64,000 bases of DNA from an uncultured Acidobacteriota bacterium (GCA_963788725.1 CAWBHT010000003.1:224354-288353), one strand, 5' to 3'. Counted from the first letter of the stretch, positions 1 through 10,065 are shown. Translations and numbers: made by a program. Notes: generated by a model from the letters alone, not told the origin.

Positions 1-763
1 TGATGTAGATCGCGAAGGTGGGCGGCGTGTGGTAGAGGGATTTTTCCTTGATGTGCGTGCGGTATTGGAGAAGCGTTGGGAGATTTTTGTCAGCGCGCTC
101 GGCAAGATCCTTGCGGACGATGACGACAGTGGCGCCGCTGGGACCGAGATTTTTCTGAGCGCCGGCGAAGATGAGGCCGAATTTCTTCACGTCCGTGGGG
201 CGAGAGGCGATGTCGGAAGACATGTCGGCAACGAGCGGGGCGCCATTGGTTTCCGGAATGATGTGATATTGCGTGCCCTCGATGGTGTTGTTGGTGCACA
301 TGTGAACGTAAGAGGATTCGGGCGAGAGCTTGATTTCGTTCTGTGCGGGAACACGCGTGAATTTTTGCGGTTCGGTGGTGGCTGCGACATTGTGCAAGAT
401 GCCTTTTTTGAGTTCGCCGAGTGCTTTTTGCGTCCAGGCACCGGTGTGGAGCAGGTCGACGGGCTTGCCGGGAAGGCAGAGGTTCATCGGGACCATGGTG
501 AACTGCATGCTGCCGCCGCCTTGCAGGAAGAGGACGGCGTAGTCGTCAGGGATGGCGAGATGCTTGCGGAGTCCGGCTTCAGCGGCGGCGTTGATGCTTT
601 CAAATTCGGGCGAGCGGTGGGACATTTCCATGACGGACATGCCAGTGCCGTGCCAGTCGAGGAGTTCCTCGCGAATGCGCTCGAGGACGGAAAGCGGAAG
701 CGCCGCGGGTCCTGCGTTGAAGTTGAAGGCGCGTTTAATGGCGTGTTGTGCGGTGGTGCTCAC
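1..763 (-). CDS. serC: Phosphoserine aminotransferase (5' part; runs off the window edge)
   Basis: Manual minus-strand translation from GTG at 763 (RBS GAGAGGA upstream) gives FNFNAGPAALP...SVMEMSHRS...LFLQGGGSMQF...NNTIEGTQ...ADMSSDI...FAGAQKNLGPSG...YHTPPTFAIY, the SerC signature including the PLP lysine. Absent from the ORF track because no stop lies in the window. Confidence 0.95.
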   Translation of the reverse strand, partial: MSTTAQHAIKRAFNFNAGPAALPLSVLERIREELLDWHGTGMSVMEMSHRSPEFESINAAAEAGLRKHLAIPDDYAVLFLQGGGSMQFTMVPMNLCLPGKPVDLLHTGAWTQKALGELKKGILHNVAATTEPQKFTRVPAQNEIKLSPESSYVHMCTNNTIEGTQYHIIPETNGAPLVADMSSDIASRPTDVKKFGLIFAGAQKNLGPSGATVVIVRKDLAERADKNLPTLLQYRTHIKEKSLYHTPPTFAIYI

Positions 764-880
764 GGTGGAGTGATCCTCTCTGTTTGTAGTGGTCGGCGGC
801 GCGTTGAGGCATGTCACCGCTTTGTGTCTGGCAGATCAGAATAACAGAATCGCAAACCGGAGCCGACGCGGGAAGGGAGG

Positions 881-1333
881 TTAATCTTTGACAGGGCGTT
901 CGATCATTCCAAACTTCTTCGGATCAAAATCTTCCGGGAACACAGTCTTTGCGTCGTACTCTGCACCGTCCAGCTTGGCAAATTTCAATGAACCTGCATC
1001 GAGGATTGCTCCCTGTAGGCTGGTCGAGCCGCCCAAATTGTCTCTGCCAAGATTCGCGTTTCGTAAATTGGCGTTAATTAGAATTGCTCCCTTAAGGTCG
1101 ACCCCTTGCAGTTGAGCCCCCTCTAGGTCAGCGCCACTGAGGTCTGCGAGAAAGAAATTTGACCAATAGAGATCCGTCGAGCGCAAATTTGCGCTCTGTA
1201 GGTTTGCGCCATCGAAATGTGCGCCCTCCAACTTCATAGATTCGAGTACGGCCTCACGGAGATCGAGTTCTTCAGTATTTAGGTGAAGGTCACCATCGAA
1301 AAGCAGGTCGCCTCGTTTGTTCCTAATCTGCAT
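881..1333 (-). CDS. Pentapeptide repeat protein
   Basis: Tandem A(D/N)Lxx repeats (ANLQSANLRSTDL, ADLSGADLEGAQLQG) and a C-terminal GAEYDAKTVFP motif. Start ATG 1333 overlaps the rnr stop; the upstream part of ORF 881..1516 overlaps rnr. Confidence 0.85.
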   Translation of the reverse strand: MQIRNKRGDLLFDGDLHLNTEELDLREAVLESMKLEGAHFDGANLQSANLRSTDLYWSNFFLADLSGADLEGAQLQGVDLKGAILINANLRNANLGRDNLGGSTSLQGAILDAGSLKFAKLDGAEYDAKTVFPEDFDPKKFGMIERPVKD

Positions 1334-3930
1334 GTGAGCTATTCGCGAGTGCGAACTCGACGCGGCGGCGCATGGGGTCGATGCGTTCGGCGCGGACGCG
1401 GACGCGATCGCCGTGTTGCCAGATGCGCTCGCGCTGTGATTTACCGGTACTGCTGCGCTGCGCTCCGCGTCCTTTGCCGGGGCGCCGGTCGTCTGTGCGG
1501 CCGGACATGGCAACAATCGCGTGATCTTTTTCGCGATAGACGCAGCGGGCGCCCGTCGCCTCTTCGAGCGCGTTGATAGGCAGCAGGCCTTCCACGAATA
1601 CTTCGAAGAGTTCGACGAAGCAGCCGAACTTCTGCACCGAGATGATCAGGCCGTCGTACTCCTCGCCTAAATGTTCTTCCATAAATTGCGCGGTTTTCCA
1701 GTCGATGAGTTCACGCTCGGCTCCGGCGGCGCGGCGCTCGGCTTCGGAGGTCTCGACGGCCATTTCTTCGAGCTGCTTTTGCGAATAGACGAAGGCTTCG
1801 GCGTTGGGTATCGGCTTTGGAGAGGCCGGAGCAGATTCTTTGAGATGATCGAGCGCCCATTTGAGCGCGCGATGGACGATGAGATCGGGATAGCGGCGGA
1901 TCGGCGAAGTGAAGTGGGCGTACTCGTCGAAGCCGAGCGCGAAGTGCCCGAGCGAATCGGCAGCGTAGCGCGCCTGTTTGAGAGACCTCAGCATTAAGTA
2001 AGAAATGATGCGCTCTTCAGGTTTGCCCACGAGCTTTCGAACGAGGCGCTGATAATGTTGCGGCGTGATGCGCAAGTCCTCTGATGCAGCCCGGCAGAGC
2101 GACGCGCATGTTACGTTCGCGGCCATGGCCGTAGGAATCGGCGCGGCCTGCTTTTGCGGGAGCGGGGACGCGGCCATGGCGGACGGCGAGTTCGCGCTGA
2201 TGCAATCCTTCGACGCCGAGCGAATAGCCGAAAGCGCGCGCGAGTTCTTCGAACTCCAAGACTTTGCGCGCATCGGGCTTTTCGTGCACGCGGTGCAGCG
2301 CGGGAATCGCGCGGCTCAACAGATAATGCGCGACACAGCGATTGGCCGCGAGCATGAATTCTTCGATCAGACGGTGAGCGATGTTGCGCTCACTGCGCAC
2401 GATATTGATCATTTTCTGCTGGGCGTCAAATTCGATGACGCGCTCGGGCAGATCGAAATCGATGGAGCCGTGCTGATTGCGGCGGGCATTGAGGAGCAGC
2501 GCGAGTTCCTTCATGTCGCGGAAATGATGAGCTAGCGTCGCGTACTGCGCGGTCATTTCCGCATCGCCATCGAGCACTTTGTTGACGTTGGTGTAGGTCA
2601 TGCGCTCGGCAGAGCGAATGATCCCCGGAGTCATGCGCGCGCTGCGGATGTTGCCGACGGCATCGAGTTCCATGAGCGCGCTCATGACCAGGCGATCTTC
2701 ACGGGGCTTGAGCGAGCACATGCCGTTGGAGAGCGCTTCGGGAAGCATGGGCACGGCGCGATCGGGAAAATAGACGGAAGTGCCGCGAAGGCGAGCTTCG
2801 CGATCGAGTGGCATGGCGGTGCGCACGTAATGCGCGACGTCCGCGATGTGCACCTGCAGTTGCCACCCGCCGTCGGGGCGTCGCTCGACGTAGACGGCGT
2901 CGTCGAAATCGCGTGCGGTTTCGCCGTCGATGGTGACGATGGGCAGATGGCGAAAATCTTCGCGGCCCTGGCGGTCGACATCCTGCAATGCCTGCGCCAG
3001 GCGCTCGGCTTCGGCGGTGACGTCTTCTGGAAATACATGCGGGAGCTGGTGCTTGCGAATGATGATCTCGGTGTCGACGCCGATTTCGCCGGGACGCCCG
3101 AGAATTTCGATGACACGTCCACCTGGAGGCAGGCCGCCTTTGGGGAAGCGCAGCAGCTGAACGTTGACGACGGCGCCGTCGAGTTCGTCAAGATGCGGGA
3201 TGCGGCGGCCGCGCGGGTTGCGCTCTTCGGCGTCACTTAAGCCAAGTTTCCGGGCGAGACCGGGAGTGAGTTCCTGGCCGGGCGGAATTTCGATGTGATG
3301 CTGCATGCGAGCATCGTAGGGCACGACATAGTTGGCTCGCGAACCCGAAGCGTAGTGGAAGAGACCCACTACCGTGGGTTGCGCGCGATTGAGCACGCGG
3401 AGAATCCGGCCTTCCGCGCGCGCGCCGCTGGAGCGCGGGAGAATTTTCACCGCAACGTGATCGCCGTGCATGGCGTCTTCGATTGCGTCACGCGGAATGA
3501 AGATGTCGCCGTCGAATTGCGGCGCCGGTGTGTCGAGGACGACGAAGCCATAGCCATCATGGTGAAGGACCAGGCGTCCGGTGGCCTGGTCGCGGGAGAG
3601 TGAGGGCTGATTTGCAGGCGGCCGAGATTGATTAATAGCGGAGGCCGATGAGGGATCTGCGGCCGCGCGATCCTGCGAATCGCGCCTGCTCTGTTCCTTG
3701 AAGGGGCGGCGGTCAGCGTCGCCCTTGCGTCCACCCAGATGGTAGCGGCCGCCGGGGATTTCAGTGATCGCGCCGCGTTTTTTGAGCTTGGAGAGCATTT
3801 TGTAAAGGGGACGGCGGTCGGACTTGCGCAGGTGCAAGCCGGAAATGATCTCGTCGGCCGAGGAAGCGGCATTCCTAACTTGCAGAAAACGCAGGATGTT
3901 ATCAGGACTCAGGTTAGAGGGGCGAGACAT
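1323..3930 (-). CDS. rnr: Ribonuclease R (split by one frameshift near 2090)
   Basis: N-terminal ORF: HTH, cold-shock domains (DGYGFV, DAMHGD) and RNB motif TIDGETARDFDDA, VHIADV, RGTSVYF, IEEFMLAAN. C-terminal ORF: GHFALGFDEYAHFTSPIRRYPDLIVHR plus S1 domain. Confidence 0.93.
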
Positions 3931-3994
3931 AAAGGCTTCAGGCCGCCTGGCGCAGCCTGGCGGGAGACGCGAATTTTACTGAATTTCTTTGCTC

Positions 3995-4180
3995 CACGTG
4001 AAACCTTTTTTCGTTTTCAGGGGTTTCATAGGCAGGCCAACACACGACCGGCTGGCCGCCCTCCGTCAGGCTAGCCGGACTTTCCCCGAAAGGGGAACCA
4101 GGGAGGCGGGAAGACCTGGCCCGCCTCCCACATTTTGGTTCAAGCTTCCGTTGATTTTCCGGTTGAGGATTCACCGTACA
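3995..4180 (+). ncRNA. Candidate structured ncRNA, 6S (SsrS)-like
   Basis: Non-coding gap with several stems: 4048-4057/4069-4078 (G-U on +), TTCCCC-GAAA-GGGGAA 4082-4097, GGGAGGCGGG/CCCGCCTCCC 4101-4129, and a possible closing stem GTGAAACCTT/GAGGATTCAC. Contains GGCCAACA and GGTTCAAG motifs reminiscent of the 6S core. Ends are approximate. Confidence 0.45.
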
Positions 4181-4260
4181 TCGCTCGTCTTTGACAGCAC
4201 TTCACTCCTCCAAATAAATCGGACGCAGCTGCTTGCGATTAGAAGCATGGCATGCACGTT

Positions 4261-4770
4261 TTAGCGGCTGCGTTGCAGAGCCTGCAGGGCTGTGAAGGCA
4301 TCGCGCAGGGCTTGACGATCGAGGGGCGACGCGGTTGAGTCGGTGTTCAGTTCCCGCGTTTGTCTCTGCACCGCCGCAAGCGCCACCTCAATACGCTGGT
4401 TTAATTTGGCTTGGTCCAGCTCCAGCAACGCGGCAAGATACGGCTCGCGCCAATCGGTGATCGGGCTCCACGACGCGGCGTGGCAACCGTCGGCGAAAAT
4501 AAAAGATTGATAGTGAATGGGGACGGGAGACCCGTTTTTGTGCCGGAGAACGAACTCTCCGTCATCCGCACCGAGCCGAACAAACTGCTCGAAGCGTTTA
4601 GCAACGTCGGCGCTGTAGCTGACATCGTCGATTCTCATTCGCAAAAGCTCCGCACGCGAGTATCCGAGGAGCAAGCAAACGGCTTCGGAGCAATCGGTGT
4701 ATCGCCGGTCGGGGTCGGCGAAGACTACATATTCGGCGCCTTGCAGTTCGGGATGCGCGTGGCTCAGCAT
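4261..4770 (-). CDS. Small PAS-domain protein with a C-terminal helical domain
   Basis: PAS features (YTDCSEAVCLLLGYSRAELLRMRIDDVS; GEFVLRHKNGSPVPI) followed by WREPYLAALLELDQAKLNQRIE...RQALRDA helices. Start uncertain (4770 or up to 4884). Confidence 0.75.
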   Translation of the reverse strand: MLSHAHPELQGAEYVVFADPDRRYTDCSEAVCLLLGYSRAELLRMRIDDVSYSADVAKRFEQFVRLGADDGEFVLRHKNGSPVPIHYQSFIFADGCHAASWSPITDWREPYLAALLELDQAKLNQRIEVALAAVQRQTRELNTDSTASPLDRQALRDAFTALQALQRSR

Positions 4771-4997
4771 TTGGAAAGAATTGAACTTCTTACCAGAGAA
4801 TCCGCTGGGTTTCCATACGATTCGTTTCGTAGAGCGCAGGTCACCCGCGGAACAATGCTGTCGGGAAGGATTATGGAGGGGCACAGGCTTGCCGCGTGCG
4901 CCGTGGTGCGGATATTATCGAACTCCTTCGACCCTTGCGTGAGGGTTGTTGCGAAACATTGTCAGATTGCCGAGACGCCGCGCTGGGAGCAAATGAT

Positions 4998-5789
4998 ATG
5001 AAATACCTTGGAATTATATTGCTGTTGCTGGTGGCGCAAACCGCTGTTGCGCAAGATTGGGCACGCACTCAACTGCAGAAATCGCCGCGTCACCAGGAAT
5101 GGGTGACGGTGAAGCATGACGGGCGCTCGGTGGAGACTTTTGTGGTGTACCCGGAGTCGAAGGACAAGCGACCGGTGGTATTGGTGATTCACGAAATTTT
5201 CGGAATGACGGACTGGGTCCAGGATTTGGCGGACCAGGTCGCGGCGGCGGGCTACATTGCAGTGGCGCCGGATCTGCTTTCGGGGATGGGCCCGAGCGGA
5301 GGACGCAGCTCGTCTTTTCCGGAAGGCAAGACCATGGAGGCGGTAAGCCATTTGAATGCGGATCAAGTGACCGCCGATCTGAACGCTGCTGCGGACTATG
5401 GATTGAAACTGCCGGCGTCGAACGGAAAGCTGTTTGTCGCGGGATTTTGCTGGGGCGGAGGTCAGACGTTCCGCTTTGCTACGAACCGGGGAGATTTGTC
5501 GGCAGCCTTTGTGTTTTACGGCCCGCCGCCAGATAAGGATGCGATGGCGCGAATCAAGGCACCGGTATACGGATTTTACGCCGGTGATGATGCACGCATC
5601 GGCGCGACAGTGCCGGGAGCGATTGAGCAGATGAAGGCCGCGAGGAAAACGTACGAGCCGGTCACCTATGATGGCGCTGGGCACGGCTTCATGCGCGCCG
5701 GCGAGGCTCCGGACGCGAACGAAGCGAACAAAAAAGCGCGCACGGAAGCTTGGGAACGCTGGAAAACGCTGCTGGCAAAGTCGAACTAA
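4998..5789 (+). CDS. Secreted dienelactone hydrolase family protein
   Basis: Signal peptide MKYLGIILLLLVAQTAVAQ, HEIFG, GFCWGG nucleophile motif, GAGHGF. Confidence 0.9.
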   Translation: MKYLGIILLLLVAQTAVAQDWARTQLQKSPRHQEWVTVKHDGRSVETFVVYPESKDKRPVVLVIHEIFGMTDWVQDLADQVAAAGYIAVAPDLLSGMGPSGGRSSSFPEGKTMEAVSHLNADQVTADLNAAADYGLKLPASNGKLFVAGFCWGGGQTFRFATNRGDLSAAFVFYGPPPDKDAMARIKAPVYGFYAGDDARIGATVPGAIEQMKAARKTYEPVTYDGAGHGFMRAGEAPDANEANKKARTEAWERWKTLLAKSN

Positions 5790-5829
5790 CGCGAACCCGC
5801 GACCCTGATCGCGAAGCACCGGTGAATTC

Positions 5830-6543
5830 GTGGCGAAACTCTTTGCAGGGACCTCTGGATGGGCGTACCCCAGTTGGAAGCCGGCCTTTTATCCGGCGAA
5901 GCTGCCTTCCGCAAAATTTCTTGGGCACTACGCGGAGCGGCTGAACACCGTTGAGGTGAATTACACGTTCCGCCGGTTCCCGACCGAAAAGTTGCTGCGT
6001 GGGTGGATTGCTGCCACTCCGGCCGGATTCCAGTTCGCGGTGAAAGCGAATCAGAAGATTACGCACATCAGCCGATTGAAGAATGTGGCTGATTTCACGT
6101 CTGACTTTTTGAGGGCACTGGAGCCGCTGGCCACTGAGAAAAAACTCGGGCCGGTTTTATTTCAGCTGCCGCCCTATCTCAAGGCGGATGTAACGCTGCT
6201 AAAGGATTTCCTAGGCACGATCCCAAGTCATGTGCGCTCGGCATTCGAGTTCCGGCACGTCTCGTGGTTCAGCGATGAGATTTACGCGCTCATGCGGGAA
6301 GCGAATGTCGCATTGTGCAACGCCGAGAGCGAAAAATTGGAGACACCGAACTTGCAGACCGCGGACTTCGCGTATCTGCGTCTTCGCAAAGAGGAATATT
6401 CCGCCGCCGAACAAACGGCTATCGCCCACACGGTTTCTGGTCTGGCGCGAAATGGCGATGCATACGTTTACTTCAAGCATGAGGAAACGCCCGACGGCGC
6501 GTTGAATGCGGTGAAGTTGCTCGCGGCGGCACAAGCTTCCTGA
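5830..6543 (+). CDS. DUF72 (YecE-like) protein
   Basis: GTSGWAYPSW, TVEVNYTF, FAVKANQKITH, GPVLFQLPP, AFEFRH, YLRLR motifs. Confidence 0.9.
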   Translation: MAKLFAGTSGWAYPSWKPAFYPAKLPSAKFLGHYAERLNTVEVNYTFRRFPTEKLLRGWIAATPAGFQFAVKANQKITHISRLKNVADFTSDFLRALEPLATEKKLGPVLFQLPPYLKADVTLLKDFLGTIPSHVRSAFEFRHVSWFSDEIYALMREANVALCNAESEKLETPNLQTADFAYLRLRKEEYSAAEQTAIAHTVSGLARNGDAYVYFKHEETPDGALNAVKLLAAAQAS

Positions 6544-6641
6544 TTAGCGACCTCCGAAGATACTCTCGCTTCCCGGCGGCCTTCCGGCTTGACGGCGTCG
6601 CGGTGCTGCGCCACACTGCGCGCACATCGGTGAGGTGACGC

Positions 6642-7979
6642 ATGCCCCGGAATATCGATCGCACAGCTTCCTTGCGGTTCTCGCGATATCGCTCGCAACT
6701 CGCATGGTTTTGCTCGCTGTCGCTGGCGGGAGTTGCAGGATCGTGCAGCCACACGCCGGTGGACATGCAGAAGCATCTGCAGGAGCAGCTCATCACCGCA
6801 AAACCTGGGGCGATCATCGAGATTCCTGAAGGGAAGTTCCATTTCGATCGCACATTGTCACTGACGGTGGACAAAGTCACCATACGCGGCAAGGGCATGG
6901 ACAAAACAGTGCTTTCGTTCGCCGGACAAAAGGAAGGCGCGCAAGGGCTGCTGGTGAAAGCGAATGATTTCACAATCGAAGACGTCGGCATCGAGGATAG
7001 TGCCGGCGACGCGCTGACCGTGCAGGGCGGAACAAACATTATTATCCGGCGGGTGCGCGCGGAGTGGACGCGCGGCGCGAATGCCGGCAATGGTCCCTAC
7101 GCAATTTACCCAGTGGAGTGCAAGAATTTGCTGGTGGAAGATTCCGTGGCGCGCGGAGCTGCGGACGCGGGCATCTACGTGGGGCAATCAGAAAACGTAG
7201 TGATTCGCCGGAACCGATCGGAATACAACGTGGACGGCTACGAGATCGAAAATTCGGAGAATGTGGACGCCTACGAGAACGTCGCCACTCACAATACCGG
7301 CGGGATGGGCGTTTTTAATCTTCCGAATTTGCCGCGTCAAGGCGGAAAACACGTCCGTGTTTTTCGCAATCAAATTGTAGACAACAATACTGCGAACTTT
7401 GCGCCCGTCAGCCTCGGGCCGATTCACGATCTGCCAACGGGCACGGGAATTTATGTGATGGCGATCAAAGATGTGGAAGTGTTCGGAAACAAAATTCAGA
7501 ACAACAACACCGTGAATGTGTTTCTGATTCATTACGACACGGGAGTGGGTGACAGCCTCCAGGAAACAGCGTCGTCTCCGATTACGCAGCAGATCTTCAA
7601 GCCGGGCGACACGCATTACTACCCATTCCTGCAGCAGGTCTACGTCCACGACAACGACATTTCCGGCGGCGGGAAATCGGCGGACAGTCGGATCGCGGTG
7701 ATGAAGCAGATGGCCGAAGCGCTGGGCGGTTCGCTGCCGGACATTCTTTATGATGGTCGCGTGGATCCGGCATGGGCGAAGAAAGCGAATTCCGGGCAGA
7801 TCTGTCTGGGCAACAATGGCGCGGCTTCGTTTTTAAACTTCGATGCCGCCGGTGGGATGAAACATCCGGTGCACGACGTAAAGAATTATGCTTGCACGTT
7901 GCCGGCGCTCCCGGCGGTTTCGATTCCAAGCGTCGCCGCTGAAGTATCGCGAACCGGGAGCGGCGATCTGGCACGGTAA
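6642..7979 (+). CDS. Parallel beta-helix repeat (lipo)protein, TIGR03805-type
   Basis: Lipobox-like VAGSC, LITAKPGAIIEIPEG, YAIYPVEC, GAADAGIYVGQS, EIENS, DILYDG; paired with the downstream diheme cytochrome. Confidence 0.85.
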   Translation: MPRNIDRTASLRFSRYRSQLAWFCSLSLAGVAGSCSHTPVDMQKHLQEQLITAKPGAIIEIPEGKFHFDRTLSLTVDKVTIRGKGMDKTVLSFAGQKEGAQGLLVKANDFTIEDVGIEDSAGDALTVQGGTNIIIRRVRAEWTRGANAGNGPYAIYPVECKNLLVEDSVARGAADAGIYVGQSENVVIRRNRSEYNVDGYEIENSENVDAYENVATHNTGGMGVFNLPNLPRQGGKHVRVFRNQIVDNNTANFAPVSLGPIHDLPTGTGIYVMAIKDVEVFGNKIQNNNTVNVFLIHYDTGVGDSLQETASSPITQQIFKPGDTHYYPFLQQVYVHDNDISGGGKSADSRIAVMKQMAEALGGSLPDILYDGRVDPAWAKKANSGQICLGNNGAASFLNFDAAGGMKHPVHDVKNYACTLPALPAVSIPSVAAEVSRTGSGDLAR

Positions 7980-9097
7980 TGGCGCGGGGTCGTCGCTTCG
8001 TGCCTGGCCTGCAGAGTATTCTGCTTCTATTTGTGGCCTGCCTCGCAACGTTCTTTTGCGCCTGCGATTTTGGGTTTCATCGAGGCGTTCGCCTGACTTT
8101 GGAACAGCCGTTCCCGAAGAAACTGTCGGCGTGGCATCTGTTTGCAGGCTCGGCAAAGAAAGGGCAGCTCACACCCAATACGGGCGTTCTTCCCTACGAT
8201 CTCAATACTCCGTTATTTTCTGACTACGCTGACAAGTATCGATTCGTCTGGATGCCGGCTGGAACTTCAGCGGAGTACAGAGAAAATGCAACGTTCGAAT
8301 TTCCAGTGGGCACCATTCTGGCGAAGAGCTTCGCTTTTCCCCTCGATGATCGGACGCGCGAGCAGCGCCTGATCGAGACGCGGCTTCTCGTACGCACCAA
8401 GTCCGCGTGGGTGCCGCTTCCTTATATTTGGAACGAGAGCCAAACGGAAGCCACTCTGCAACTGGTTCCGGATCCCGTTCACATCCACTACACGGAGGCC
8501 GATGGACGCCCGCATGATTTCAACTATCAAATCCCAAACACGAATGAGTGCCACGAGTGCCATGACAACAACAAAGTTTTGCAGCCGATCGGCCCGAAGG
8601 CACGCAACTTGAACAAGGATTTTCTTTATCAGGATGGCCTCGCAAATCAGCTAGCGCACTGGGTGAAAGTGGGCTATCTGCGCGGCGCGCCGAAACCTGG
8701 GACAGCACCGCAGGCAGCAAAATGGGATCGGCCTGAGAGTGGATCGCTTAGCGCGCGCGCCTTAGCGTATCTCGATAACAATTGCGCACATTGTCACCAG
8801 CCTGGCGGGACGGCGGGCTACACAGGCGTGGATCTCCGGCTGGGACATTTTGATGCTGCGAAATTTGGAGTGTGCAAGCACCCCAATTCCGCCGGGAATA
8901 TGGGTGATCGCCGTTACGATCTGGTGCCGGGCCGTCCGGACGATTCGATTCTGGTATATCGGCTGGAGTCCATCGCGCCAAAAGTCATGATGCCGCAGAT
9001 TGGCAGGGATGTGGCGCATACGGAAGGCGTCGCGATGATCCGCGAATGGGTTACTTCGCTGCAGGGGTCATCTTGCGGAAGTGTTGGTGGCCGTTAA
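7979..9097 (+). CDS. SO2930-family diheme c-type cytochrome (TIGR03806-type)
   Basis: PYDLNTPLFSDYADKYRFV, FPVGT, IETRLL, two CxxCH motifs (CHECH, CAHCH), MMPQIGR; TAATG coupling to the upstream gene. Confidence 0.88.
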   Translation: MARGRRFVPGLQSILLLFVACLATFFCACDFGFHRGVRLTLEQPFPKKLSAWHLFAGSAKKGQLTPNTGVLPYDLNTPLFSDYADKYRFVWMPAGTSAEYRENATFEFPVGTILAKSFAFPLDDRTREQRLIETRLLVRTKSAWVPLPYIWNESQTEATLQLVPDPVHIHYTEADGRPHDFNYQIPNTNECHECHDNNKVLQPIGPKARNLNKDFLYQDGLANQLAHWVKVGYLRGAPKPGTAPQAAKWDRPESGSLSARALAYLDNNCAHCHQPGGTAGYTGVDLRLGHFDAAKFGVCKHPNSAGNMGDRRYDLVPGRPDDSILVYRLESIAPKVMMPQIGRDVAHTEGVAMIREWVTSLQGSSCGSVGGR

Positions 9098-9224
9098 CAA
9101 GCGTAATCCACCCCAGAATCGTCAGTCTACCCTCCCGCACCTTCCGTCCACTTCTACACACAACCTCGTATGTGAGCGTCTGTACGCGCCGTCGATAATG
9201 GCATAGCTTTTTAGGAGGTTCGCG

Positions 9225-9386
9225 ATGCGATTTGGACCGTTTCTTGGATTGGCTATCTTGCTTGCATTGCTGTGGATGGGCGGTTTCGTGTTCTTTCACG
9301 TCGCCGGATTCATGATTCACTTGCTTCTGATTCTGGCAGTGATCTCGCTGATTGCGCACTTCTTCACAGGGACGCGAACTGCCTGA
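9225..9386 (+). CDS. lmo0937/DUF5670-family small membrane protein (53 aa)
   Basis: AGGAGG RBS at 9213-9218; MRFGPFLGLAILLALLWMGGFVFFHVAGFMIHLLLILAVISLIAHFFTGTRTA, with the typical GxxIHLLL motif. Below the ORF-track length cutoff. Confidence 0.85.
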   Translation: MRFGPFLGLAILLALLWMGGFVFFHVAGFMIHLLLILAVISLIAHFFTGTRTA

Positions 9387-9484
9387 AGTCACGATTTAGC
9401 ACGTCGGCCAGAAAATCGAGTTCGCGACTCGGCTGGGAACAGGTCATTCAGCCCGGGTGATGTGCTTAGGAAGCTGCGGTGTGG

Positions 9485-9760
9485 CTACTTGTGGTGGAGC
9501 ACAGGGACGATCGAGTCTTTGAGCACGCTTACAATTTGCTTCGCTTGGGCTTGAGTAAGGCCAGCCAGTTGAATTCGGTATCGCAGGTCGCCTTCTTTTT
9601 CGGTATCCCAAACCTCATCGCGAGTTACAGAAGGACTGATGTGGACGCCTATGTGGCGCACTTCCTGTTCGAGCTGATTGTCCAACTCCTCCGCACGTTT
9701 CTGCCAGCGCTCGAAAACATCGTTATCTAAAGCAACCACCCATTTTGGTACAAAGGCCAT
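9485..9760 (-). CDS. Hypothetical protein (91 aa)
   Basis: Globular-looking composition with a purine-rich AAGGGGG upstream; no family recognised. Confidence 0.6.
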   Translation of the reverse strand: MAFVPKWVVALDNDVFERWQKRAEELDNQLEQEVRHIGVHISPSVTRDEVWDTEKEGDLRYRIQLAGLTQAQAKQIVSVLKDSIVPVLHHK

Positions 9761-9978
9761 GTCCCAAGTCCCCCTTGCGGCAATAAGGTTGGCGCAAGCG
9801 CGCAGACTTGGGAATGGTACTTGTTGCCATTCCGTAACTAGGAATGAATTACACGATTAGGGCCGGTTCGCATAAACGACCGCAACAAAGGATCAAGCGG
9901 AAAAATCGGCGCGCGAGCGGCGCACAGCGCGAGCACCACGCATACTGTTCTACGAGAAAAGTGTCAGAGGAAAAAAGA

Positions 9979-10065
9979 TGGTGCCCGAGAGAGGACTCGA
10001 ACCTCCACGTCCTTGCGAACACTAGAACCTGAATCTAGCGCGTCTGCCAGTTCCGCCACTCGGGC
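9979..10065 (-). tRNA. tRNA-Leu (CAG)
   Basis: GCCCGAGTGGCGGAACTGGCAGACGCGCTAGATT-CAG-GTTCTAG, long variable arm, GGTTCGAGTCC T-loop, CGGGCACCA end; 87 nt. Confidence 0.97.

Noticed and set aside
29-844. 271-aa + strand ORF
   Set aside because: Antisense shadow of serC.
2080-2100. Programmed frameshift in rnr (and the other split genes)
   Set aside because: No X-XXY-YYZ slippery heptamer; many similar indels across unrelated genes point to sequencing error.
4075-4095. Minus-strand GGAAAGTCCGG resembling the RNase P RNA 5' motif
   Set aside because: The conserved 3' ACAGAA.CCGGCTTA partner is absent and there is too little room before rnr.
9979-10065. Prophage or ICE integrated at tRNA-Leu
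   Set aside because: No integrase and no duplicated tRNA 3' end seen in the window.
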